Position numbers and translations under genes: made by a program. From the NCBI GenBank assembly GCA_019117125.1, contig DXAL01000055.1:6104-70103 (forward strand): DNA of 64,000 bases. The letters are read 5' to 3'. Positions 45,937-55,927 of the stretch are shown here, piece by piece. The notes below the pieces were generated by a model. The model did not search any database. It was not told where the DNA came from and was given only the letters and a program-made list of their open reading frames with translations. Within the stretch, counting starts at the first letter, position 1. The number at the start of each line of letters is the position of its first letter. This DNA comes from Candidatus Mediterraneibacter merdipullorum (GTDB lineage: Bacteria > Bacillota > Clostridia > Lachnospirales > Lachnospiraceae).

Positions 45937-47091
45937 ATGAAACAGCACAACCGCGTATGTGCGACGGTCGACCTTGACGCAGTCTCACATAACATGGAAC
46001 AGATGAGAGAGCGGCTCGGCGGAAAAGCCAGCCTTATCGCAGTCGTCAAGGCGGACGGTTACGGACACGGCGCCATCCCCATTGCGAAGATGTTCGAGGA
46101 ATATCCTTATGTGTGGGGGTATGCCGTGGCATGTCTCGATGAGGCGGTGCAGCTTCGGGAACACGGACTCAAAAAGCCGGTCCTCGTCCTTGGGTGCGTC
46201 TTCCCGGACCAGTACGAAGAGATGGTCCGCCTGGATATCCGCCCCACAGTCTACACAGAAGAGATGGCAGGACAGATATCAGAGGAAGCCGTGCGGCAGG
46301 GAAAGAAGGTCCGTCTCCATATCAAAGCCGATACAGGCATGGCGCGTCTGGGATTTCCGGTAAACGGGGAGAGCGCAGACGTCATCCGGCGCATCAGCGC
46401 CCTGCCGAACGTAGAGCTGGAAGGAATGTTCACCCATTTTGCAAAAGCCGATGAGACGGATAAGACCTACACGCTGATGCAGCATGAACGGTTCCTGGAG
46501 ATGATAAAGCTGACGAAAGAAAGAGGCGTAACCATTACTTACTATGACTGTGACAACAGTGCGGGCATCATCGACTTTCCGGATATGAAGCACGACCTGG
46601 CAAGAGCAGGCATCGCCATGTACGGCATGTATCCGTCCGGCGATGTGGATAAGAGCGCCGTGGACCTCAGACCCGCCCTCACCCTCACAAGCCATGTGTC
46701 ATTTGTAAAAGAGATAGAGCCGGGGACGGCAGTCAGCTACGGCGGGACATTTGTCGCAGAGAAGAAGATGCGCGTGGCGACCATCCCTGTGGGATACGGG
46801 GACGGATACCCCCGGTCCCTCTCCAACAAAGGAGATGTGCTGATCAGGGGGCGGCGCGCGAAGATTATCGGACGCATCTGCATGGACCAGTTCATGGTCG
46901 ATGTGACGGATATCCCGGACACCGGGTTTATGGATACCGTGACGCTCATCGGACGTGACGGGGACGAGTGCATCACGGTAGAGGAGCTGGCTGCGCTCAG
47001 CGGGCGGTTCCACTATGAATTCGTCTGCTGCCTGGGCAGGCGCATCCCCCGCGTCTATAAGAGGCAGGGCAGGCTCTTCGAGGCAGGATAA
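45937..47091 (+). CDS. alr: Alanine racemase
   Basis: VVKADGYGHGA (PLP Lys), ATIPVGYGDGY.R, GRICMDQ. Confidence 0.95.
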   Translation: MKQHNRVCATVDLDAVSHNMEQMRERLGGKASLIAVVKADGYGHGAIPIAKMFEEYPYVWGYAVACLDEAVQLREHGLKKPVLVLGCVFPDQYEEMVRLDIRPTVYTEEMAGQISEEAVRQGKKVRLHIKADTGMARLGFPVNGESADVIRRISALPNVELEGMFTHFAKADETDKTYTLMQHERFLEMIKLTKERGVTITYYDCDNSAGIIDFPDMKHDLARAGIAMYGMYPSGDVDKSAVDLRPALTLTSHVSFVKEIEPGTAVSYGGTFVAEKKMRVATIPVGYGDGYPRSLSNKGDVLIRGRRAKIIGRICMDQFMVDVTDIPDTGFMDTVTLIGRDGDECITVEELAALSGRFHYEFVCCLGRRIPRVYKRQGRLFEAG

Positions 47092-47187
47092 AAAGGAACT
47101 CCTGAATACATCCGAGGAACATGGGAATACTGAAGTATGCGCAACATACATCAATATCAACAGGTGAATCGGAGTGTGAAAAGGACA

Positions 47188-47532
47188 ATGGTCAGAAGAG
47201 GAGATATCTATTATGCCGACTTGAGCCCGGTCGTCGGTTCGGAGCAGGGCGGGATACGTCCGGTCCTCGTGATACAGAACAACGTGGGAAACAGGCACAG
47301 CCCGACCGTCATCTGCGCGGCTATCACGTCGAAGATGAACAAGGCGAAGCTGCCCACGCATATCGAGATAAGCACAAGGGATTACCATATCGTGAAGAAT
47401 TCGGTCATCCTGCTGGAGCAGATACGGACCATCGACAAGCAGAGGCTCAGGGAGTTTGTGTGCCATATCGACGGCGGGACGATGCACAGGGTCGACCAGG
47501 CCATACGCATCAGTCTGGAACTGACTACATAG
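47188..47532 (+). CDS. mazF: MazF/PemK-family endoribonuclease toxin (EndoA/NdoA-like)
   Basis: [44 protein letters not shown]...[10 protein letters not shown]......[18 protein letters not shown] is very close to B. subtilis EndoA as I recall it. Confidence 0.92.
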   Translation: MVRRGDIYYADLSPVVGSEQGGIRPVLVIQNNVGNRHSPTVICAAITSKMNKAKLPTHIEISTRDYHIVKNSVILLEQIRTIDKQRLREFVCHIDGGTMHRVDQAIRISLELTT

Positions 47533-47644
47533 GGCGTTCACAGACTTCTTTACAGATGAGGGAAAGAGTGTTAGAATTGTAACGCATGATATGCGGACAA
47601 TCTGATAAAAGGCACAAACAAGAAAGAAAAGAGGAGAATCCACA

Positions 47645-48376
47645 ATGTCAGGACATTCAAAATTTGCAAATATCAAGCACAAAAAAGAAAAGAACGATGC
47701 TGCAAAAGGGAAGATATTTACGAAAATCGGCCGTGAGCTTGCAGTAGCCGTAAAGGAAGGCGGCGGACCGGACCCGGCGAACAACAGCAGGCTCAGGGAT
47801 GTTATCGCGAAAGCAAAATCCAACAATATGCCCAACGATACCATCGAGAGAAATATCAAGAAAGCTGCAGGCGAGGGCTCGGCAGACAATTACGAGCATA
47901 TTACATATGAAGGATACGGACCGGGAGGAACTGCGATCATCGTGCGCACGCTGACGGACAACAAGAATCGCACCGCGTCCAATGTAAGGAATGCATTTAC
48001 CAAAGGAAGCGGAAATGTAGGCACGCCCGGATGCGTTTCCTTCATGTTCGATGAGAAGGGTCAGATTTTCGTGGCGAAAGAAGACTGCTCCATGGATGCG
48101 GATGAACTGATGATGCTGGCGCTCGAGGCAGGTGCGGAGGACTTCCAGGAAGACGAGGAGAGCTACGAGATACTCACGGCGCCGGAGAGCTTCAGCGATG
48201 TGCGCCTGAAACTTGAGGAAGAAGGCATCGAGATGGCGCAGGCGGAAGTGACGATGATTCCCCAGACGTATGTGGAGCTGACGGCGGAAGAAGATATCAA
48301 GAACATCCAGAAGACTCTGGACCTCCTGGAGGAAGACGACGACGTCCAGGACGTATACCACAACTGGAACGAGTAA
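47645..48376 (+). CDS. yebC: YebC/PmpR-family transcriptional regulator
   Basis: [27 protein letters not shown]...A.K.GG.DP..N..LR..I.KAK..NMP.D.I. Confidence 0.95.
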   Translation: MSGHSKFANIKHKKEKNDAAKGKIFTKIGRELAVAVKEGGGPDPANNSRLRDVIAKAKSNNMPNDTIERNIKKAAGEGSADNYEHITYEGYGPGGTAIIVRTLTDNKNRTASNVRNAFTKGSGNVGTPGCVSFMFDEKGQIFVAKEDCSMDADELMMLALEAGAEDFQEDEESYEILTAPESFSDVRLKLEEEGIEMAQAEVTMIPQTYVELTAEEDIKNIQKTLDLLEEDDDVQDVYHNWNE

Positions 48377-48415
48377 GAAGCGGATTCCAAAGAGAAAGAG
48401 ATGGAGGACAGACAG

Positions 48416-49690
48416 ATGAGTGATTACAGAATCGAGACAAAATGCATACAGTCCGGTTATCAGCCGGGCAACGGAGAGCCCAGGATACTTCCAATCTATC
48501 AGAGCACCACATTCCGCTATACGAGCAGCGAGCAGATGGGGCGGCTCTTTGACCTGGAAGAGTCGGGCTACTTCTATACACGGCTTCAGAATCCGACGAA
48601 CGACGCAGTGGCGGCAAAGATATGCGACCTGGAAGGCGGCGCGGCTGCCATGCTCACATCATCCGGACAGGCGGCGAACTTCTATGCCATCATGAACATC
48701 GTCCAGGCAGGCGACCATATCGTGTGCGCTTCCGCACTCTATGGCGGCACCTACAACCTGTACGCCCACACGATACGCAAGATGGGCGTGGAGGCCACAT
48801 TCGTGGACCCGGATTGTACAGAAGAAGAGCTTAACGCTGCATTCCGCGAAAATACGAAAGCTGTATTCGGCGAGTCCATCGCCAATCCCGCCCTCGTGGT
48901 GCTGGATTTTGAAAAATTTGCAAAAGCCGCGCATGAGCACGGCGTTCCGTTCATCGTGGACAACACATTTGCCACTCCGGTCAACTGCAGACCCTTTGAG
49001 TGGGGCGCGGATATTGTGACGCACTCTACGACCAAATATATGGACGGCCATGCGGCATGCGTGGGAGGAGCCATTGTGGACAGCGGCAATTTCGACTGGA
49101 CGGCTCATGCAGACAAGTTCCCGGGGCTCACCACTCCGGACGAGACTTATCACGGCATCGTCTACACGGAACGGTTCGGAAAAGGCGCGTACATCACAAA
49201 GGCGACCGCCCAGCTGATGCGCGACCTCGGTTCGATACAGGCGCCCCAGAATGCGTTCCTTCTGAATATCGGTCTTGAGACGCTCCATCTGAGAGTGCAG
49301 CGCCACTGCGAGAACGCGCTGGAAGTGGCGAAGTACCTGAAAGAGAGTGATAAAGTGGCGTGGGTGAGCTACCCGTCGCTCCCGGGGGACAAATATTATG
49401 ACCTGGCGCAGAAATACATGCCGAACGGCACATGCGGCGTCCTTACCTTTGGACTCAAAGGCGGCAGGGAAGCGGCAGTGAGGATGATGGACAGGCTGAA
49501 ACTCGTCGCCATCGTGACACATGTGGCGGATGCAAGAAGCTGCGTGCTCCATCCGGCGAGCCACACACACCGCCAGATGAACGAGCAGGAACTGCTCGAG
49601 GCAGGCGTACAGCCGGACCTCATCCGGTTCAGCGTAGGAATCGAAAATGTAAAAGATATCATAGCCGATGTAGAGCAGGCTATGCAGTAG
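48416..49690 (+). CDS. metY: O-acetylhomoserine sulfhydrylase (Cys/Met-metabolism PLP enzyme)
   Basis: ET..I..GY.P......PIYQ.T.F......Y.Y.R..NPT, SATKY..GH (PLP Lys; here STTKYMDGH). RBS GGAGGA at 48403-48408. Confidence 0.88.
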   Translation: MSDYRIETKCIQSGYQPGNGEPRILPIYQSTTFRYTSSEQMGRLFDLEESGYFYTRLQNPTNDAVAAKICDLEGGAAAMLTSSGQAANFYAIMNIVQAGDHIVCASALYGGTYNLYAHTIRKMGVEATFVDPDCTEEELNAAFRENTKAVFGESIANPALVVLDFEKFAKAAHEHGVPFIVDNTFATPVNCRPFEWGADIVTHSTTKYMDGHAACVGGAIVDSGNFDWTAHADKFPGLTTPDETYHGIVYTERFGKGAYITKATAQLMRDLGSIQAPQNAFLLNIGLETLHLRVQRHCENALEVAKYLKESDKVAWVSYPSLPGDKYYDLAQKYMPNGTCGVLTFGLKGGREAAVRMMDRLKLVAIVTHVADARSCVLHPASHTHRQMNEQELLEAGVQPDLIRFSVGIENVKDIIADVEQAMQ

Positions 49691-49740
49691 GATAAAATGG
49701 TATGGGTGTATACAATCTTCACTCATACCGTTTTTCATTT

Positions 49741-49775
49741 GCGGCAGCGACCGCTTTTCTGCATAAAAACAGGCT
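49741..49775 (+). repeat. Degenerate fragment of the interspersed element module
   Basis: GCGGCAGCGACCGCTTTTCTGCATAAAAACAGGCT aligns by eye with 43457-43491 and 50636-50665. Confidence 0.45.
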
Positions 49776-49858
49776 GTATCCTTCATACTATCCTCTAAGC
49801 GCGGACAAAAACTGTGGAGTCCGGGCAGTGAGGAAAAGGCAGAAAGGCGGGACAGGAA

Positions 49859-50569
49859 ATGTCAGAGAGAAAGATGCAGGCGGAAGAACAGGAGAAAGAG
49901 CAGGAGAAGCGCAACGGGGAAAATGCGGAGATACGGGAGACAGGCAGCCTGGAGCTTGGCAGACCGGACGAGCGTTCCGGCATCGAACTTTTGACCATCA
50001 TCGGAGAGATAGAAGGACACGAGACTGTGTCCGGAAATACAAAGGCGACGAAATATGAGCACCTTCTCCCGCGGCTTGCACAGGCGGAAGAGGACGAGAA
50101 GATACGGGGCGTGCTCATCCTGTTGAACACATTGGGAGGGGATGTGGAGGCGGGGCTTGCCATCGCCGAGATGATCGCCTCCCTGAGCAAGCCGACGGTA
50201 TCGCTTGTGCTGGGCGGGAGCCACTCCATCGGAGGACCGCTGGCGGTCTCGGCGGATTATTCGTTCATCGTTCCCACAGGGACCATGATTGTCCATCCGG
50301 TGCGCACGAACGGGATGTTCATCGGGGTGATACAGAGTTACCGCAATATGGAAAAGACCCAGGACCGCATCGCGCGGTTCATCGCGGACCATTCCCGCAT
50401 CACCCAGGAACGTCTCCTGGAACTGATGCTGGACTCTACGCAGCTTGTGAAGGATGTGGGGACGATGCTCGAAGGGGAAGAAGCGGTGCGGGAAGGCCTC
50501 ATCGATGAGGTGGGCGGAATCAGCCAGGCGTTCGCAAAGCTGCACGAGATGATGGAGGAGCGCCGGTAG
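49859..50569 (+). CDS. tepA: TepA / ClpP-fold serine protease family protein
   Basis: LTIIGEIEGHE......TKYEH..P......E.....G.LI.LNT.GGDVEAGLAIAEM.ASLSKPTVS.VLGG.HSIG.P.AVS.DYS is very TepA-like. Confidence 0.85.
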   Translation: MSERKMQAEEQEKEQEKRNGENAEIRETGSLELGRPDERSGIELLTIIGEIEGHETVSGNTKATKYEHLLPRLAQAEEDEKIRGVLILLNTLGGDVEAGLAIAEMIASLSKPTVSLVLGGSHSIGGPLAVSADYSFIVPTGTMIVHPVRTNGMFIGVIQSYRNMEKTQDRIARFIADHSRITQERLLELMLDSTQLVKDVGTMLEGEEAVREGLIDEVGGISQAFAKLHEMMEERR

Positions 50570-50590
50570 GGGCGCATGGATGAGCAGCCC

Positions 50591-50656
50591 GCAGTTCAGC
50601 CCGCGCCATTCGCAAAGCCGCACTGCGTGCGAATTGCGGCTGCGCCGCTGCTTTGC
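50591..50656 (+). repeat. Interspersed element, 5'-module-only copy C
   Basis: GCAGTTCAG, then the conserved module with P2 as GCAAAGC/GCTTTGC. It lacks the 3' hairpin, the P1 3' strand and the right TIR. Confidence 0.75.
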
Positions 50657-50668
50657 CATAAAAGTGTA

Positions 50669-50697
50669 GTGACATTATTTTTAAATAATGATATAAT
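50669..50697 (+). promoter_or_regulatory. Promoter GTGACA-17-TATAAT with TGn extended -10, upstream of ftsK
   Basis: GTGACA at 50669-50674, TG at 50689-50690, TATAAT at 50692-50697. Confidence 0.6.
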
Positions 50698-50733
50698 GTC
50701 CTGTAGTATGTTTAATTGTCAAGGGGGAATCGT

Positions 50734-53334
50734 ATGGCGTCCAGAACGACAAAAAGCCGTAAAAATTCAAAGGGCAGGACGAAAAAAGGACAGCAGAAAC
50801 AGAACACGGAGCTGAGGGGAGAAATCATCATACTCGTGTCTCTTGCGGTATGCATCCTTCTCGTCCTGAGCAGCTTCGGCGTCGGCGGCATTGCAGGGGA
50901 GGCAGTCGCTTCCGTGACGTTTGGGCTGTTCGGGTTCATGGCGTACGTGCTCCCGTTCGTGATATTTGCGCTTACGGCATTTCTCGTATCCAACCGGGGG
51001 AACGCACACGCATATGTCAAAGTCATATCGGCAGCAGTGCTCGTTATCCTGCTTGCCGCGATACTGGAACTGATTTTTAATTCCTATACGCCGGGCGCGT
51101 CGCTGCTGTCTTATTATAAAGAGGCGTCAGAGCACAGGAATGCAGGAGGCTTTGCGGGCGGATGCCTGATAACCCTGCTCTGTCCGCTCATCGGCGTGAT
51201 AGGGACTTACGCCGTGCTCGTGATATTTTCTGTCATCTGCATCATCCTCATCACGGAGCGCACGCTGCTCGCTCCCCTGGGAAAGAAGGGACGCGAGGCG
51301 TATGAAGACGCGAAGAAGCACCGGCAGGAGACGGCGGTGCTCCGCGCAAAGAAGCGGGAGGAAGAGCAGCGGACAGCCGCTTTGGACCGCCGGGAGAGAG
51401 CGGAGGGGAAAAAGACGATGCGCAGGGACCACAAGGTGTCCGGCGTATCATTTGCCACAACGCTGGAACCGGAGCAGAGCGCATCCGGAAAGCGGAAGAA
51501 GCGGAGAAAGTCCCCGGATATGTATGAGCTCATCCCGGACGAGACGGCGGGACAGCCTGCGGATGCAGTGCGGGACGTGACGCCGGATACAGCAGCATTT
51601 TCAGCGGCAGGCGCAGGGACAGATGCCGCAGCAGGGACAGACGCCATATCCGGGACAGGCGGTATGGCAGAGGGACCGGGCTTTGTCATCAACCGCGCGG
51701 AAGAGAGCGTGCCCGCAGATGTGACCGGAGAGTTCCCGGGCATGGAGGCGGAAGAAGCAGAGAAAAAGACCGGGAAGCGCCGCAGCAGGACGGCGGAAGC
51801 GGCGGAAGTATCCGCCGAGACGGCGAGCGTGACTGCGGAAGTAGAAAAAGAACAGGAAAAACAGGAGGCTGTCTATCACAGACCGCCCATGCGCCTGTTA
51901 AAAGCAGGCAGGAAGAGCGGGGGAGATTCCGACGCACACCTGCGCGCCACCGCCCAGAAGCTGGAGCAGACGCTCCAGAATTTCGGAGTGGGCGTCCATG
52001 TGACGAACGCAAGCTGCGGTCCCTCTGTCACCCGCTACGAGCTCCAGCCGGAACAGGGCGTGAAAGTCAGCAGGATTGTCGGTCTTGCAGATGACATCAA
52101 GCTCAACCTGGCAGTGGCGGACTTAAGGATTGAAGCGCCCATACCGGGAAAAGCGGCTGTGGGCATCGAAGTTCCGAATAAAGAGAACACGGCGGTGATG
52201 CTCCGCGACCTCCTGGAATCCAGAGAATTCGAGTCCAGCAAGTCGCCCATCACATTTGCAGTCGGAAAGGATATCGCCGGAAAGGTCGTGGTGGCGGATA
52301 TTGCCAAGATGCCCCACCTGCTCGTGGCAGGAGCGACGGGCTCCGGTAAATCCGTGTGCATCAACACACTCATCATGAGCATCATCTACAAGGCGGACCC
52401 GGAAGATGTGAAGATGATACTCGTGGACCCGAAAGTGGTGGAACTCAGCGTTTATAACGGGATTCCCCATCTGATGATTCCTGTAGTCACAGACCCAAAG
52501 AAAGCGGCGGGCGCCCTGAACTGGGCAGTCGCCGAGATGGAAAAGAGATACAAGCTCTTTGCCGAATACAATGTGCGTGACCTGAAAGGCTTCAACGCGA
52601 AAGTAGAGCGGGGAGAGACCGGGGAAGAGCATCTGAAAAAGATGCCTCAGATTATCATCATCATCGACGAGCTCGCAGACCTTATGATGGTGGCTCCGGG
52701 CGAGGTGGAAGGCTCCATCTGCCGTCTGGCGCAGCTGGCAAGAGCGGCGGGGCTGCATCTGATACTGGCGACCCAGCGCCCCTCTGTCAATGTCATCACC
52801 GGCCTCATCAAGGCGAACATGCCCTCGCGAATCGCATTCTCCGTTTCTTCGGGGGTGGATTCCCGGACCATCATCGATATGAACGGCGCGGAAAAGCTGC
52901 TCGGAAAAGGAGACATGCTCTTTTATCCGTCGGGCTATCCGAAGCCGGTCCGCGTCCAGGGTTCCTTTGTCTCGGATAAGGAAGTCCAGGATGTGGTCGA
53001 TTTCCTGATAAAGAACCACGGACAGACCGCGTACAGCGACGAACTGGAAGAACAGATGACATCCAGCGCGCCGTCCCCGGCAGCCGCACCGGCGCAGGAG
53101 GCGGAAGATGAGCGGGATACATATTTTGCCGAGGCGGGCAGACTCATCATTGACAAGGAGAAAGCTTCCATCGGCATGCTCCAGCGGATGTTCAAGATTG
53201 GATTTAACCGGGCGGCGCGCATCATGGACCAGCTGGCGGAAGCGGGAGTGGTCGGACCGGAAGAAGGCACAAAGCCGCGAAAAGTCCTGATGACAAAGGA
53301 AGAATTTGAAGCGTATCTGAGCGGTGAGCAGTGA
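50734..53334 (+). CDS. ftsK: DNA translocase FtsK/SpoIIIE
   Basis: N-terminal TM segments, low-complexity linker, motor domain (PHLLVAGATGSGKS, IIIIDELADLMM, ATQRPSV) and a C-terminal gamma wHTH. RBS AAGGGGGAA. Confidence 0.95.
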   Translation: MASRTTKSRKNSKGRTKKGQQKQNTELRGEIIILVSLAVCILLVLSSFGVGGIAGEAVASVTFGLFGFMAYVLPFVIFALTAFLVSNRGNAHAYVKVISAAVLVILLAAILELIFNSYTPGASLLSYYKEASEHRNAGGFAGGCLITLLCPLIGVIGTYAVLVIFSVICIILITERTLLAPLGKKGREAYEDAKKHRQETAVLRAKKREEEQRTAALDRRERAEGKKTMRRDHKVSGVSFATTLEPEQSASGKRKKRRKSPDMYELIPDETAGQPADAVRDVTPDTAAFSAAGAGTDAAAGTDAISGTGGMAEGPGFVINRAEESVPADVTGEFPGMEAEEAEKKTGKRRSRTAEAAEVSAETASVTAEVEKEQEKQEAVYHRPPMRLLKAGRKSGGDSDAHLRATAQKLEQTLQNFGVGVHVTNASCGPSVTRYELQPEQGVKVSRIVGLADDIKLNLAVADLRIEAPIPGKAAVGIEVPNKENTAVMLRDLLESREFESSKSPITFAVGKDIAGKVVVADIAKMPHLLVAGATGSGKSVCINTLIMSIIYKADPEDVKMILVDPKVVELSVYNGIPHLMIPVVTDPKKAAGALNWAVAEMEKRYKLFAEYNVRDLKGFNAKVERGETGEEHLKKMPQIIIIIDELADLMMVAPGEVEGSICRLAQLARAAGLHLILATQRPSVNVITGLIKANMPSRIAFSVSSGVDSRTIIDMNGAEKLLGKGDMLFYPSGYPKPVRVQGSFVSDKEVQDVVDFLIKNHGQTAYSDELEEQMTSSAPSPAAAPAQEAEDERDTYFAEAGRLIIDKEKASIGMLQRMFKIGFNRAARIMDQLAEAGVVGPEEGTKPRKVLMTKEEFEAYLSGEQ

Positions 53335-53391
53335 CCCGCGCAAAAAGAGCGGCGGGATGTGGAAATAACAACCGAAAAAGGAGGAGTCAGC

Positions 53392-55062
53392 ATGAAAACA
53401 GATATTGAGATTGCACAGGAAGCGGAACTGAGGCCAATCGGAGAAGTGGCGGCATCCATCGGAATCGGGGAGGATGACCTGGAATTTTACGGAAAATACA
53501 AGGCAAAGCTCTCCGACAGCCTGTGGGAGAAGATCAAAGACCGGGAAGACGGCAAACTCGTGCTCGTGACGGCGATCAACCCGACCCCGGCAGGAGAAGG
53601 GAAGACGACCACGACGGTCGGACTGGGCGAGGCGATGGCAAAGCTCGGCAAGAAGGCGCTCATCGCACTGCGAGAGCCGTCCCTGGGACCGTGCTTCGGC
53701 ATCAAGGGAGGCGCTGCGGGCGGCGGATACGCGCAGGTCGTTCCCATGGAAGATTTGAACCTCCATTTTACCGGTGACTTCCACGCCATCACCTCCGCGA
53801 ACAATCTGCTTGCCGCAATGCTGGACAATCACATCCAGCAGGGCAACGCGCTGCGCATCGACCCGAGACAGGTCGTGTGGAAGAGATGCCTGGACATGAA
53901 CGACCGTGTCCTGCGCAACATCGTCGTCGGACTGGGAAACAAAATGGACGGGATGGTAAGGGAAGACCACTTTGTCATCACGGTCGCATCGGAGATTATG
54001 GCAATCCTGTGTCTCGCTGACGACCTGGCAGACCTGAAAAAGCGGCTGGGACGCATCGTCGTGGCTTATGATTTCGACGGAAATCCGGTTACAGCCGACG
54101 ACCTGAAGGCGACCGGAGCCATGACGGCGCTCTTAAAAGACGCCATCAAACCGAACATCATCCAGACGCTGGAGCACACGCCTGCACTGGTGCACGGCGG
54201 TCCATTCGCCAATATCGCGCACGGCTGCAACAGCGTGCGGGCAACAAAGATGGCGCTCAAACTCAGCGACATCACCATCACGGAAGCCGGATTCGGCGCA
54301 GACCTGGGCGCAGAGAAGTTCTTTGACATCAAGTGCCGCATGGCGGGGCTGAAGCCGGATGCAGTGGTCCTGGTTGCAACGGTCCGCGCTTTGAAGTATA
54401 ATGGTGGGGCTGCCAGGACAGAACTGGACAGGGAAGACCTGGACGCTCTGGCAAAGGGAATCGTCAATCTGGAGAAGCATATTGAGAATATCCAGAAATA
54501 CGGCGTCCCTGTCATCGTAACACTGAACTCTTTCGTGACCGACACAGACGCGGAGAACGAGTTCATCCGCAGGTTCTGCGAGGAGCGCGGATGTGAGTTC
54601 GCCCTCTCCGAAGTGTGGGAAAAAGGCGGAGAAGGAGGCATCGCCCTTGCAGAAAAGGTGCTCGACACACTGGAGGGGAAAGAGAGTCATTTCCATCCGC
54701 TCTATGAGGACGGTCTTTCCCTGAGGGAGAAGATAGAGACCGTGGCAAAAGAGATTTACGGGGCGGACGGCGTGGTCTATGAGCCGGCGGCTCAGAAACA
54801 GATCGACCGCATCGAGGCGCTCGGATTCGCTTCCTTCCCGGTCTGCATGGCGAAGAATCAATATTCACTCTCCGATGACGCCAAAAAGCTGGGAAGACCG
54901 ACCGGATTTGACATCCATATCCGGGAGGTGTATGTCAGCGCCGGGGCGGGCTTTGTGGTCGCCCTCACCGGAGCCATCATGACGATGCCGGGGCTGCCGA
55001 AAGTGCCGGCTGCCAACGGGATTGACGTCACGGAAGACGGAAAGATAACAGGACTGTTTTAA
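53392..55062 (+). CDS. fhs: Formate--tetrahydrofolate ligase
   Basis: [50 protein letters not shown]. Confidence 0.96.
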   Translation: MKTDIEIAQEAELRPIGEVAASIGIGEDDLEFYGKYKAKLSDSLWEKIKDREDGKLVLVTAINPTPAGEGKTTTTVGLGEAMAKLGKKALIALREPSLGPCFGIKGGAAGGGYAQVVPMEDLNLHFTGDFHAITSANNLLAAMLDNHIQQGNALRIDPRQVVWKRCLDMNDRVLRNIVVGLGNKMDGMVREDHFVITVASEIMAILCLADDLADLKKRLGRIVVAYDFDGNPVTADDLKATGAMTALLKDAIKPNIIQTLEHTPALVHGGPFANIAHGCNSVRATKMALKLSDITITEAGFGADLGAEKFFDIKCRMAGLKPDAVVLVATVRALKYNGGAARTELDREDLDALAKGIVNLEKHIENIQKYGVPVIVTLNSFVTDTDAENEFIRRFCEERGCEFALSEVWEKGGEGGIALAEKVLDTLEGKESHFHPLYEDGLSLREKIETVAKEIYGADGVVYEPAAQKQIDRIEALGFASFPVCMAKNQYSLSDDAKKLGRPTGFDIHIREVYVSAGAGFVVALTGAIMTMPGLPKVPAANGIDVTEDGKITGLF

Positions 55063-55078
55063 GATAAAGGAGTAGTCA

Positions 55079-55927
55079 ATGTCACAGTTGATCGACGGAA
55101 AACGGATTTCACAGCAGATAAAAGATGAATTAAAAGAAGAGATGAAAAAACTGGACGCCCTCGGGAAGAGCGTCTGTCTCGCCGTCATCCAGGTAGGGGA
55201 TGACCCGGCGTCCACCGTTTATGTGCGCAATAAGAAAAAAGCGTGCGCATATGTGGGCATCCGCTCGAGAGCCTATGAGCTTCCGGAAGAGACGACCGAG
55301 GAGGAACTGATACGGCTGGTGAAGGAGCTCAACGCGGATGCAGGCGTGAACGGCATCCTCGTACAGCTTCCGCTCCCGTCCCATATTGATGAGGACCGGA
55401 TTATACGGACCATATCTCCGGACAAGGATGTGGACGGGTTCCACCCGGTCAGCGTGGGACGCCTCTGGATTGGAGAGAAAGGATTCCTCTCCTGTACTCC
55501 GGCGGGCATCATCCAGCTGCTGAAGCGCTCCGGCATCGGGATTGCCGGGAAAGAGTGCGTCATCGTGGGAAGGAGCAATATCGTCGGGAAACCGATGGCT
55601 GCCCTGCTCCTGCGGGAGAACGGCACTGTGACAGTAACCCACTCGAGGACTGTGGATTTAAAAGAAGTGACGAAAAGGGCGGATATCCTGATTGTCGCGA
55701 TGGGCAGGAAGAAGTTCATCACTTCCGAATATGTGAAAGAAGGCGCAGTTGTCATCGATGTGGGAATGCACCGGGAAGATGACGGGCATCTCTGCGGGGA
55801 TGTGGACTTTGCGGATGTGGAGCCCCACACTGCGGCGATCACGCCGGTGCCGGGGGGCGTCGGACCGATGACCATCGCGATGCTCATGGATAACTGTGTA
55901 GAAACTGTACGCACTCAGGAGGAATGA
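55079..55927 (+). CDS. folD: Bifunctional methylene-THF dehydrogenase / methenyl-THF cyclohydrolase
   Basis: IDGK, VGDDPAS.VYV..K.KA, VQLPLP, DVDGFHP, GRS.IVG.P, TPVPGGVGPMT. Confidence 0.96.
   Translation: MSQLIDGKRISQQIKDELKEEMKKLDALGKSVCLAVIQVGDDPASTVYVRNKKKACAYVGIRSRAYELPEETTEEELIRLVKELNADAGVNGILVQLPLPSHIDEDRIIRTISPDKDVDGFHPVSVGRLWIGEKGFLSCTPAGIIQLLKRSGIGIAGKECVIVGRSNIVGKPMAALLLRENGTVTVTHSRTVDLKEVTKRADILIVAMGRKKFITSEYVKEGAVVIDVGMHREDDGHLCGDVDFADVEPHTAAITPVPGGVGPMTIAMLMDNCVETVRTQEE

Noticed and set aside
47121-47582. A 153-aa ORF in the +1 frame spanning all of mazF, starting in the alr-mazF gap. Considered as an unconventional overlapping antitoxin.
   Set aside because: The GAGGAA lies only 2 nt from the ATG. 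The translation is charged low-complexity sequence with no RHH or AbrB-like N-terminus. A complete out-of-frame overlap is most simply a codon-bias artefact. Only Ribo-seq could rescue it.
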